Assembly (NCBI RefSeq): GCF_001194135.2
Contig: NC_068982.1
Span: forward strand, 47,748,381-47,796,222
DNA length: 47,842 nt
Origin: Octopus bimaculoides
Lineage: Eukaryota
Direction: 5' to 3'
Shown here: positions 11,237 through 21,858 of the stretch, in pieces
How positions within the stretch are numbered: position 1 is the stretch's first letter
Layout: every line of letters begins with the position of its first letter
Translations under genes and position numbers: made by a program
Notes under the pieces: model-generated
Database searches by the model: none
Told to the model about the DNA's origin: nothing
Seen by the model: the letters and a program-made list of their open reading frames with translations, nothing else

Positions 11237-11294
11237 CCTTCTGTAGTTTTTTCACTCTTATTATCTTTTATATATATATATATATATATACATA

Positions 11295-11988
11295 TACAGG
11301 AAATTGCCAATCATACAGCTCTTTTGACACTGTTGTTGACTAGTTAGAAATAGTAAATTATTTAGTTAAATTTTTAAGCTCACTGGAACCACCAGGTTTA
11401 CCACCTCATAAGCTGGTCTTGAAACTTGAAGCACCTATAATGCTTCTAAGAAATTTAGATCTTCCACAGTTCTGCAATGGAGTAAGACTTATTGTGAAGA
11501 AAATGATGCCACATGTTATAGAAGCTACTGTACTCTCTGGATGTGGAGCAGGTGATAATGTATCCATTACTAGAATTCCATTAAAACCTACTGATTTACC
11601 AGCACAATTTAAAAGAGTACAGTTTCCAGTTAGAGTAAGTTCTGCAATGTCCATCAACAAACCACAAGGACAGACCTTATCAGTGACTGGTTTATGATTA
11701 AAAGGAACTTTGCTTCTCTCATGGACAATGGTATGTTGAATGCTCATGTGTTTGAAGTTCAAAAAATTTTTACATTTATATTCCACTGGGAAAAACTCAT
11801 AATGTTGTATATAAAGAAGATGTGTTTTTTTTATTTCAAGTGTTATTGTTGCTGGTCTCACAGAATTTGTTATGCCAGTAATGCTAATCACTAATCACAA
11901 TAATTATTAAGAAAAACTCATATATCAAATTTATGAATGAAATCTCATTATCATCTTTAACTGGGGCAATGCTGGGTGCTTCTGCTAG
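11295..11988 (+). mobile_element. Helitron 3' fragment: PIF1-like helicase C-terminus and 3' terminus
   Basis: '[29 protein letters not shown]...CNGVRL...RIP...FKRVQFPVR...[12 protein letters not shown]', then a frameshift to 'CFSHGQWYV..S...KTHNVVYKE'. Ends in decayed hairpin 'ctggggcaatgctgggt' plus CTAG (11985-11988) followed by T. Confidence 0.9.
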
Positions 11989-12192
11989 TATGTGTGTGTG
12001 TATGTATGTATATATATNNNNNNNNNNNNNNNNNNNNNNNNNNNNNNNNNNNNNNNNNNNNNNNNNNNNNNNNNNNNNNNNNNNNNNNNNNNNNNNNNNN
12101 NNNNNNNNNNNNNNNNNNNNNNNNNNNNNNNNNNNNNNNNNNNNNNNNNNNNNNNNNNNNNNNNNNNNNNNNNNNNNNNNNNNNNNNNNNNN

Positions 12193-12227
<35 letters not shown>

Positions 12228-12285
12228 TCATCATCATTTAACGTCCGTTTTCCATGCTGGCATGGGTTGGACGGTTTGACTGAGG
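12228..12285 (-). mobile_element. Family D 3' tail fragment (young)
   Basis: 'tcatcatttaacgtccgttttccatgctggcatgggttggacggtttgac'; CpGs intact. Confidence 0.8.
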
Positions 12286-12469
12286 TAAGTATGTATGTAT
12301 GTATGGATGCATAGATGCATGCATACAAACAAATCCACATATATACATACAAACTCATGCACATATATATATATATGCATGAGACCAAATACGCACACAA
12401 ATCTGTGTTCATATTTTCATATATGTACTTATTATAAAACAAACTGATGCTATGTATATAAAAAGAAAA

Positions 12470-13080
12470 TAGGAGAGGGAGAAGAAAAGAAATCTGAAGA
12501 AGCTCATCAGAGTTGTTACTTTGAATATATTATGAGCAGAATAACAAGGCATGTGATTAGATACTTCAAAAGTAATTTATAAAAATGATATAGAGAAGAA
12601 CTACAATAAAAAAGGATGAAATGAAATAAAATAAAATAAGATCAGATTATGCATAGAAAAATGAAAATGTGTATTGTGGTATGATGCCAAATGAGGTTTA
12701 GAAAAATATGAATTAGACAATAATATGTAATTAGAATGTTATTAGAATATAATATGGAGAAGTCCAGATTAATACACAAGCACTGTATTCATGAAGTAGC
12801 TATTCAATAAATAGGTCTGAAAATATGTGTGGAAAAAAATATTACATATTAGTAATATTTAGTATGAGAGAAAGTATAGATGAATGATTGTAGAGGTATA
12901 CTAAATACATTGAATCCTCAGCAGTTTTTAGAAACTAAGAAAATTACTCATGTTATTGTGTTTGATTAGAAGTCCAAGAAATTAAATGTGTATCTTATTG
13001 AAGGTATTGTGTGAAGAATAATAGAATCACCAGAGGAGCTTTGTAAAGGATCAAATATACAGTAAAAAAAAATCATAAAT
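12470..13080 (+). pseudogene. Very decayed RTE-like RT C-terminal remnant
   Basis: Short motifs only: FEYIMSRIT (~FxYLGSxIT), DIEK, LIEGIV (~ILEGKV). Many stops. Confidence 0.35.
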
Positions 13081-13255
13081 ATAAAGTATTAAATATAGAT
13101 ATAAAATACAACATGTTATAGATAGAATATAAGTTTGGGAAATTGCCGCAGAATTTATTCAATAAAGCTGAAACTTACTTGAGACTTGTTTTTAAGAGTA
13201 TATAAATTAATAATCTATATTATAATAAAGAAATCAGCTTATCAATTAGGGTGGA

Positions 13256-13393
13256 TACAGTTCTATATTTAAGAGATGAGGAATTATTTACATTATTTAC
13301 ATTATCTACATTTGACGGATATTCGTCCTCATGTGTTAACAACAAACAAGATGAGGACGAATATCCGTCAAATGTAGATAATGTAAATAATGT
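13256..13393. mobile_element. PLE-derived fold-back insertion with 12-bp TSD
   Basis: TSD aattagggtgga at 13244-13255 and 13394-13405. Perfect 45-bp inverted arms at 13288-13332 and 13351-13395. Same family as 33134-33300 and 44550-44882. Confidence 0.85.
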
Positions 13394-13879
13394 AATTAGG
13401 GTGGAGTTTGTATCTTTTACTAAAAGACAATGATTACTAAAGTCTATGCAGTTTAGAAAGTTCTTATAAATTTCTATTTTAATTCATTTTTCTCAAAATT
13501 AGGTTTTCAAAATTCTTTTACTATCGAAGATTGCAACTGCCTTTATGATGGTTCCTAGGATACTCTATACATTAAGAATCTGCATCAGTTTGACTTGGTG
13601 AATTGAATCGAATGTTTTACCAATCTTTGATACTGTCAAACAGCTGTTATGCTACAAGAATTTGAAGATAACGGTTTTATACACGGAAACATATTTTTAA
13701 AAGTTATATTTTGTAGATTTTAGTTGCAGTTATTGATAAACTAATGCTTCTGTATTGTTAAGAATAAAATTTCATTTCTTTGAGATAGCTCCTTGATTAC
13801 TTTTCACACAAAACTCAATTTTGGAAGACAGTGTAAACAAAATGGTGCTGAAAGAAAACACACGAAGAAAGAGAATATA

Positions 13880-14150
13880 GAAAACTAAAAACAAACAAAA
13901 TTAAGACCAAATTATGAATTGAATTGAACAGTCACTAAATGTCATACTCCAGACTACTATTACTACAACAAAAGCAACCTTACCTATAGATATAAATGAC
14001 TTCACCAAAGAAAAGTTACAGAGCTGTGTCAAGGAACTGGGTCTTGACAATATACCAGTATCACTATGGAAAACAGGAGCACCCTCAGATCTATTGAAAT
14101 GTATAATTTAACTTTATGCCAATACAGTAGTAATATCATTATATTACTGC
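13880..14150 (+). pseudogene. Non-LTR retrotransposon RT N-terminal fragment
   Basis: 'FTKEKLQSCVKELGLDNIPVSLWKTG...LLKC' resembles FTxxEL...GLDxIPxExWK. Truncated by the mariner MITE. Confidence 0.55.
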
Positions 14151-14370
14151 TATGAAGTGGTACTCAAAAGCTCTTGACTTTAAGGATATCATGAAAGGCC
14201 TGTTTGGAGGCCTAATCTTCCAAGTTCTTTTACAGAGCTTAGAAAAACTGAAGCACTGCTGTAATAAGTATGTGAATCTGAGAGGGGAATATGTTGAATA
14301 AGATCATAATTAACTGATCCTCCTATATTTTCTATTACCCAGAACCAGGAACTTTTGAGCAGCCCCTCGT
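14151..14370 (+). mobile_element. mariner-derived MITE
   Basis: TIRs tatgaagtggtactcaaaagctcttgac / gaaccaggaacttttgagcagcccctcgt. Internal 'LKHCCNKYVNLRGEYVE*'. Confidence 0.8.
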
Positions 14371-14390
14371 GTGTGTGTGTGTATATATAC

Positions 14391-14421
<31 letters not shown>

Positions 14422-14431
14422 NNNNNNNNNN

Positions 14432-14600
14432 GAGCCAGTCAGGCGGTACTGGCAACGGCCACGCTCAAAATGGTGCATCTCATGTGACACCCGCACAAGA
14501 ACCAGTCCAGGGGCACTGGCAACGATCTTACTTGGCTTGCCGGGTCTTCTCACGCACAGCCCATTTCCAAAGGTCTCGGTCCGTAGTCATCGCCTCGGTG
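14432..14600 (-). mobile_element. Young RTE LINE 3' end (ORF end plus 3' UTR)
   Basis: Reverse complement encodes 'TEAMTTDRDLWKWAVREKTRQAK*' (RTE-type DRxxWR end). CpG-rich; runs into a gap. Confidence 0.6.
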
Positions 14601-14639
14601 ATATATATATATATATATATATGTATGTATATATATGAT

Positions 14640-15112
14640 GGTTGTTTTTGATAGGATTATGTACCTCTTCTATAGCAAGACACCTGTTTCTGCCTCTCTG
14701 TCTCACTCTAACCTTTCATTATCCGATCTAAGATTTCCTCCTCCAATTCCCCCTTTCCTCTCAAAGTTCCTTGTCTTGTAAGTTATTTGGCAATCCTGCT
14801 TGTGCTGCTGCTGCTGCTGTGTTAAAAAGCATCCAGTCCACTCTGTAAAGTGGTTGGCATTTTGAAGGGCATCCAGCTGTAAAAACCATGTCAAAACTGA
14901 CTTCGCCTGTGCTGGTGCCACGTAAAAAGCACTCAGTCCACTCTAGAGAGTGGTTGGTGTTAGAAAGGGCATCCAACAGCAAAAACCATGCCAAAACAGA
15001 CACAGTAGCCTAGGGTAGTCTTCTGCCTGGTTAGCTCTTGTCAAACTGTCCAAGCTGTGCCTGCATAGAAGGTGGATGTTAAATGATAATGATGATAATG
15101 ATGATGATGATA
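14640..15112 (+). mobile_element. Family D element with internal ~105-bp dimer
   Basis: Two 'taaaaagca..cagtccactct...gtggttgg...aagggcatcc' modules; (GAT)n tail. Confidence 0.8.
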
Positions 15113-15129
15113 TAAAAATACAGCAAATT

Positions 15130-15380
15130 AGAACCCATCCATTCACCGATCCATCTTCTCTGCTCACTATTCCTGGGAGGGTTGTAGAATCCTCAGACTC
15201 CTCCCCCATAGGGCCCTATCAGAAGCAAACATCATTAGACTTTCTGGCTGGATTCCCAAGCATGACCAACTGTGATTAGGGATACTATTCAACCATCTCA
15301 CTCTTGCTCTATTAGAGGAATCTATCTATCTTGTGATCTTTTCCCACAAAATCATTAGATTTTTTGGTGGGACCAACTGA
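15130..15380 (-). pseudogene. RTE (Rex3/Expander-like) ORF extreme C-terminus
   Basis: 'RVRWLNSIPNHSWSCLGIQPESLMMFASDRALWGRSLRILQPS*' resembles RxRWxDxI..W.RLGIxPEEL...R.vW..LL.LLPP. Confidence 0.7.
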
Positions 15381-15387
15381 GGCTGTT

Positions 15388-15798
15388 ATTTTTTTATCTT
15401 TTACTTGTTTCAATCATCAATTAGACTGTGGCCATGCTGGGGCACCACCTTGAAAATCTTTTAGTCGAATGAATCGACCCCCAATATTTATATTTTTTAA
15501 GCCTGGTACTTATTCTACCAGAGTCTTTTGCTAAACTACTCGGTTACAGGGACATAAACACACCAACAGTGGTTGTTAAGTGGTAGTGGGCAGACAAACA
15601 CACAGAGACAGACAGACAGACACACACACACATATATATTATGTATATATGATGGGATTCTTTCAGTTTCTGTCTACTAAATCTACTCACAAGACTGCCT
15701 GAGGCTATAGTAGAAGGCACTTGTCCAAGGTGCCATGCAGTGGGGCTGAACCTGGAAGCATGTGATTGAGAAGCAAGCTTCTTACCACACAACCACAC
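15388..15798 (-). mobile_element. SINE family A, full-length, inserted in the RTE remnant
   Basis: Complete head-to-tail match. Confidence 0.9.
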
Positions 15799-15804
15799 CT
15801 ATCC

Positions 15805-16260
15805 AGTCGCTTCAATCTTGGTCTACCTTTAGGTCTGCTGCTGGTTGGCTCAGCTTGAAGAATCCATCTTGCAGTTCTTCTCTGTTGTGCTCAAAGTACA
15901 CATCTATAATACTAGACTGTGACCTTTCAATGCTAAAAAGCAGTGACTTGATCTGGAGAGATCTCTTTGATCTCCAAGATACATACAATATCAATGTTAC
16001 TCCAGAGATCATTCAAAGGAATCCCACTTTGGCTGCTTGTATCTGCAGTCAGACTCTTTTGGTCATTACTTAGCATTTACGATCACAGGCGAAAATATGC
16101 ACAAAACCTGAACTGGAGTTACTGTAGAAAGTTTGGTTTTCATTACAAACTTTACCTCTTTGGGGATGGAATTCTGGAGCTGGTGCATTGCTGTGCTGCC
16201 ATCTGCAATTCTAGCACCAAATTTAAATGGCAGACAACACTTCTAGATAAAATTTAGCTA
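15805..16260 (-). pseudogene. RTE (Rex3/Expander-like) RT C-terminal region
   Basis: 'IQAAKVGFL..ISGVTL...LQIKSLLFSIERSQ...ARWILQAEP..RPKGRPR' resembles AAEMxFLRR..G.TL...EPLLL.IERSQLRW...RPRGRP. Confidence 0.8.
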
Positions 16261-16621
16261 CATATTGAAATAAAAATACAAAGCAAATAAAGAATATCTG
16301 TGTTTTTGATATTTTATTTGTTTCTGTGTATCATTTGTTTCTACACCAAAGTGTATATACACTCAAAAGCACACTCATGCAACTGAGTGTCTTTGCAGTT
16401 CTGATGACAAAAGCATATGTCCATAAACGTCTATGAATGTTTGATTGCTAGAAAGATGATTGTGTCGAAACATAGAATATATAATGTGTATTTATTTCAC
16501 TATGTGGCTTCATTTTATTTTCATGTGTCTCTTTGAATTAGCTGTACTTTATATCGTTATACATTACATCCAAACAACATACATACACACACACACACAC
16601 ACTGATGCCTACATATACACA

Positions 16622-16844
16622 TACTCTTTTACTCTTTTACTCTTTTACTTGTTTCAGTCATTTAACTGCGGCCATGCTGGAGCACCGCCTTTAGTCGAGC
16701 AAATCGACCCCAGGACTTATTCTTTGTAAGCCTAGTACTTATTCTATCGGTCTCTATTGCCAAACCGCTAAGTTACAGGGATGTAAACACACTAGCATCG
16801 GTTGTCAAGCGATGTTGGGGGGACAAACACAGACACACAAACAT

Positions 16845-16913
<69 letters not shown>

Positions 16914-17078
16914 TACGACAGGCTTCTTTCAGTTTCTGTGTACCAAATCCACTCACAAGGCTTTGGTCGGCCCGAGGGTATAGTAGGAGACACTTCCCAA
17001 GGTGCCACACAGTGGGAATGAACCCGGAACCATGTGGTTAGTAAGCAAGCTACTTACCACACAGCCACTCCTGCGCCT
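16622..17078 (-). mobile_element. SINE family A, full-length, young
   Basis: Most CpGs intact; internal (TA)n; tandem 'tactctttt' tail. Confidence 0.95.
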
Positions 17079-17402
17079 ATACTTATATACATTACAAACA
17101 ACATACATACATTTAGTCATTCATTCCTCCTTTCTTTTCCAGATTGACTAAGGCTTCAAGTTTCATCATCTTGAACCAGTTTGGATGAACAAGTTGATAG
17201 CCGAAACTTGAACTTTCAGTTTACTTGATCTTCACAATAAATTTTATTCTAATCAGAGTATTGAGTCACCCCCATCAGTAAATTGTCTGTCGTTATTCTT
17301 AAACCTGTTCTAAAATAATAACATCGCTTTAACACACACACACACACACACACACATGTTTGTGTATATATATGTGTGATATATATATATATATGTATAT
17401 TC

Positions 17403-17560
17403 TTTTTCTTTTACTTGTAACAGTCATTTGACTGTGGCCATGCTAGAGCATCGCNNNNNNNNNNCCATGCTAGAGCATCGCCTTTAGTTGAACAAATTAA
17501 CCCGAGGACTTATTCTTTGTAAGCCTATTACTTATTCTATCGCTCTCTTTTACTGAGCTG
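17403..17560 (-). mobile_element. SINE family A 3' part
   Basis: Tail and 3' body; spans a 10-N gap. Confidence 0.85.
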
Positions 17561-17823
17561 CCAAAAAAAAAAAAAAAAAACAAGAAGATTCTCTAAAGTT
17601 GTCTGCTTTAAGAAGGGCATTTAGCCATATTGACAATGTGAAAGCAGACATTGGATCCAAAGTTTGCTCTGATATGGTTTCTATAGCATGGATGCCCTTG
17701 GCATGCTTTCCTGGGTTGTTGGATTCTTGTCAAGCTGTCCAGCCTATACCAGCATAGAAAACAGATGTTAAATGATAATGGTGATGAAAAATATATACAT
17801 GCATATATATATATATATAAATT

Positions 17824-18439
17824 AAGCAGAAAATGGAGAAATCTTGATCAACAACAATTGATTTCCATCGATTATTATTTTTTAATACAAAAAGTTTATC
17901 CCATGTAACGGCTGTTTCTGCTTCCAATGTCCTACAATGTTGCCAAAGAAAATTCTGAGAATAATATTCGTCATATTTAGTAACACTTCCGATCTGGAAC
18001 TTGGAGCTTCATCAGAGTGAAGAAAAATACATAAGATAAAAGAAAAGAGCCTCGAGAAGAGGAATGAAGGCTTAATATATTTGGATCATACCATTTTGTT
18101 ATGTAACTCTTAAGACCATTGAGTACATAAGCATTACTCAATGGCCTGAAGCATTACACAGCAAAATGGTATGGTTCAAATATATTAAGCCTTCATTCCT
18201 CTTCTTGAAGATCTTCTTTTCTTTTATTTTATGTATTTTTCTTCACTCTGATGAAGCTTCATGTTTCAGATCAGAAGTGTTGCTAAATATGACAAATATT
18301 ATTCTCAGAATTTTCTTTGGCAACACTGTAGGACATTGGAAGCAGAAACAGCTGTTACATGGGATAAACTTTTTGTATTAAAAAGTAATAATCGACGGTA
18401 GTCAATTGCTGTTGAACAAGATTTCTCCATTTTCTCCTT
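17824..18439. mobile_element. Foldback element / long near-perfect palindrome (~300-bp arms)
   Basis: Arms align end to end around the loop 'cataagcat' (~18126-18134), e.g. ccattgagta/tactcaatgg and gaaaatggagaaatcttg/caagatttctccattttc. Confidence 0.9.
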
Positions 18440-19096
18440 GATTTAAATTTGATTCCTGATAAACTCTTGTTTATCTTTGTTATTGTCTGCATCCTATGAC
18501 CATAATATGCTTGCGTATGTATGCCCAAGGTTAACATAGGTAATTCATCCTGGTAGTAAAACGGATATTCTTATCCCTTAGACAGTTATTCCAGCCACTA
18601 ACTCTACTAACCTTATATATATATATATATATATATANNNNNNNNNNNNNNNNNNNNNNNNNNNNNNNNNNNNNNNNNNNNNNNNNNNNNNNNNNNNNNN
18701 NNNNNNNNNNNNNNNNNNNNNNNNNNNNNNNNNNNNNNNNNNNNNNNNNNNNNNNNNNNNNNNNNNNNNNNNNNNNNNNNNNNNNNNNNNNNNNNNNNNN
18801 NNNNNNNNNNNNNNNNNNNNNNNNNNNNNNNNNNNNNNNNNNNNNNNNNNNNNNNNNNNNNNNNNNNNNNNNNNNNNNNNNNNNNNNNNNNNNNNNNNNN
18901 NNNNNNNNNNNNNNNNNNNNNNNNNNNNNNNNNNNNNNNNNNNNNNNNNNNNNNNNNNNNNNNNNNNNNNNNNNNNNNNNNNNNNNNNNNNNNNNNNNNN
19001 NNNNNNNNNNNNNNNNNNNNNNNNNNNNNNNNNNNNNNNNNNNNNNNNNNNNNNNNNNNNNNNNNNNNNNNNNNNNNNNNNNNNNNNNNNNNNNNN

Positions 19097-19125
19097 TAAC
19101 GTTTCGAGCCTATGCTCTTCCACAG
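19097..19125 (-). ncRNA. Minimal hammerhead-like motif with variant core (CUGUGGA)
   Basis: CTGTGGA-A-GAGC(atag)GCTC-GAAA-CGTT-A. Perfect stem II and palindromic ACGT stem III; the 3' stem I strand is hidden in a gap. Confidence 0.5.
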
Positions 19126-19309
19126 AAATGAACACGGAAAGTTACAAGGAGAGAAAAAAGCAAAACAATGTGTGTAGTGGTTAGCGATCTATCATGGCAT
19201 ACATATATAAACCACAAATTGGTCAGCTTCACTTCTTAGAACTTCTTCTTTGCTTCTTATGTTTGCTTCTTTGCTTTTTTGCTTTTTCTTTGCTTCTTAC
19301 AGACATACA

Positions 19310-19330
19310 TACAGAGAAAGAGAGAGGAGA

Positions 19331-19383
<53 letters not shown>

Positions 19384-19391
19384 AGAGAGAG

Positions 19392-19438
<47 letters not shown>

Positions 19439-19442
19439 TGAG
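19310..19442 (+). repeat. (GA)n microsatellite
   Basis: Direct inspection. Confidence 0.95.
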
Positions 19443-19794
19443 AGTGGGGGAGTGTAGAGTGTAAAAGTATGGAACACTCATGGAAATATACTACCTATAA
19501 CATTCAAAAGTTAAGCTGTTTGTTCACACATACACATAAGCATTCTCTGTGAATAATTATTACAAAGATTTGTTTACAAGCCCCTAAGGAAATGACAAGA
19601 GTAGAACAATACATAACTTTATGCCAGAACAGTTATATTTCTCATACCTCACCATATGACATGCAAAGGTGTTGGCAGAATTAGCCATGTGTGCAACAAA
19701 GAATTTGTTATTGTTTTTTTTAATTTTAATAACACTGTGTAATGAAATTTTTATTGTTTTTTTTGTCTGTCTAGAAATCAAAGAAAATGGCAAT

Positions 19795-20512
19795 CTGCGT
19801 GGCACCTTGTGCAAGTGTCTTCTACTGTAGCCTCGGGCCGACCAATGCCTTGTGAGTGGATTTGGTAGATGGAAACTGAAAGAAACCCATTGTATATATA
19901 TGTGTGTGTGTATATGTGTGTGTGTGTGTGCATGTGCATATGTATATATATATGTATATGTATATATATATGTATGTATATATATATATATATATATGTA
20001 TATGTGTGTATATATATNNNNNNNNNNNNNNNNNNNNNNNNNNNNNNNNNNNNNNNNNNNNNNNNNNNNNNNNNNNNNNNNNNNNNNNNNNNNNNNNNNN
20101 NNNNNNNNNNNNNNNNNNNNNNNNNNNNNNNNNNNNNNNNNNNNNNNNNNNNNNNNNNNNNNNNNNNNNNNNNNNNNNNNNNNNNNNNNNNNNNNNNNNN
20201 NNNNNNNNNNNNNNNNNNNNNNNNNNNNNNNNNNNNNNNNNNNNNNNNNNNNNNNNNNNNNNNNNNNNNNATATATATATATATGTATATATGTATATAT
20301 GTATGTATGTGTTTGTTGTTTGTGTCTGTGTTTGTTCCCCCACCATCACTTGACAACTGATGTTGGTGTGTTTACATCTCCATCACTTAGTGGTTTTAGC
20401 AAAAAGTAACTGATAGAATAATTACTAGGCTTACATAGAATAAGTCGATTTATTTGACTAAATGTGGTGCACAGGCATGGCCACAGTCAAATGATTGAAA
20501 TAAGTAAAAGAG
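19795..20512 (+). mobile_element. SINE family A, 5'-truncated; internal microsatellite expanded across a gap
   Basis: Core, TA/TG tract with N-gap, 3' body, tail. Confidence 0.9.
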
Positions 20513-20552
20513 TTTGGCTGCTTGTTTCTCTGGAGACTGTCAGAACAATGTA

Positions 20553-20602
20553 GACACCTCTGATGAGAGCCCAATAAGGTTCGAAAATTGATTTAGGCTG
20601 TT
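20553..20602 (+). ncRNA. Degenerate type I hammerhead motif
   Basis: GACACCT-CTGATGA-GAGCC(caataa)GGTTC-GAAA-attgattt-AGG(C)TGTT. Exact core, 5-bp stem II, 7-bp stem I with one bulge; stem III and triplet (UUU) weak. Confidence 0.55.
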
Positions 20603-21401
20603 CATCATTTTTTCAGTCTGCGAAGAAATGGCTAAAATTTGCTCTGTTTATAATTATACGATGTTTCATACATATACATATCTGTGCATGTATGTGTGTG
20701 TGTGTGTGTGTATTTATGTGTGTGTATATATTTATGTGTGTGTGTGTGTATAATCTATATTTATATGTGTGTTGGTGTGTGTGTGTGATGTCTATCACAA
20801 ATGAGTGGAAGAGGGGAATTCATGAGATTCTTTATTAATCACAATGATTGTTTTGACCTATCTTGCATTGGTCCCTCACAGGTGAGATACTAAACAACTG
20901 ATTGTGGTACATCTTTCAGTGTAGATATATCTCATCAGTTGACTTTTCAAAATCCACCTCACTCAGTAAACATGATTTTGCTTGGTTCAATTATAATACC
21001 TGTCATTATCCATCTGTAACTGGTTGTATACAGGTTTCATGGTTTGGAATGATATGGAATGGATACAGTTTATTTTTATATATACAACCAATGGGTCTAC
21101 ATCTAGTTAATCATTAAAAATAATAACTTAAACATAATAAGAACAAAAAGGAAAAAAATATTTAGATAAGTATATGCTCATGTAAGCACACACATAGAGA
21201 CATGCATACACACATCCATGGTCTTATGGGTACCCAAACACAAACACAAACTCTTGCACCAACAGATTAGGATTTATCATTAAATAAACTCATAAAAAGA
21301 TAAGACACAAAGGACAGTGGCACACTTGTGCTGTTGATTAGAATTTGGTGACAGCCCAAGTGTGCTGATGTCCATTGACTCCAGTGCCGACTCTGAAAGG
21401 A

Positions 21402-21451
<50 letters not shown>

Positions 21452-21452
<1 letters not shown>

Positions 21453-21837
21453 GAAAAAAAATGCTTTCTAATTGATGTATCAATACCAGCAGATGACAAC
21501 GTTTCTCTAAAAGAAATGGAAAAACTTTCAAAATACAAAGACCTGGAAATGGAGATAACTTGAATGTGGAATCTAAAAACAGAAACAATTCCTATCATAG
21601 TAGGTGCCTTAGGTATAATAAAAAAATATTCAGACAAATACATAACAAAAATACCAGGACTTACAAATATATATAACATACAGAAAATTGCACTACTGGG
21701 TACTGCACACATTCTACGCAAAACACTTTCAATACAATAAACATAAGAGCACCACAGCAAACCACAGCACATACCCAAGGCGCACAGAGCTGCGCTCGGT
21801 AGTGAAGTGAAAGCACGTTATAAAAATAAAACTACTG
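21452..21837 (+). mobile_element. 5'-truncated R4/Dong-type non-LTR retrotransposon (RLE domain plus 3' UTR) between (AAT)n tracts
   Basis: 'KCFLIDVSIPADDNVSLKEMEKLSKYKDLEMEIT*MWNLKTETIPIIVGALG...QKIALLGTAHILRKTL', stop at 21738-21740. Restriction-like endonuclease D...KxxKY motif. 3' UTR hairpin GCGCA/TGCGC. Confidence 0.85.
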
Positions 21838-21858
21838 AATAATAATAATAATAATAAT

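Noticed and set aside
16401-16440. CTGATGA followed by a small hairpin
   Set aside because: No GAAA after the stem, so no hammerhead core.
17438-17481. 17-bp direct repeat across a 10-N gap
   Set aside because: Typical scaffold-overlap artefact.
20905-20940. Minus-strand CTGATGA...GAAA
   Set aside because: Stem II cannot close next to GAAA, and there is no stem I.
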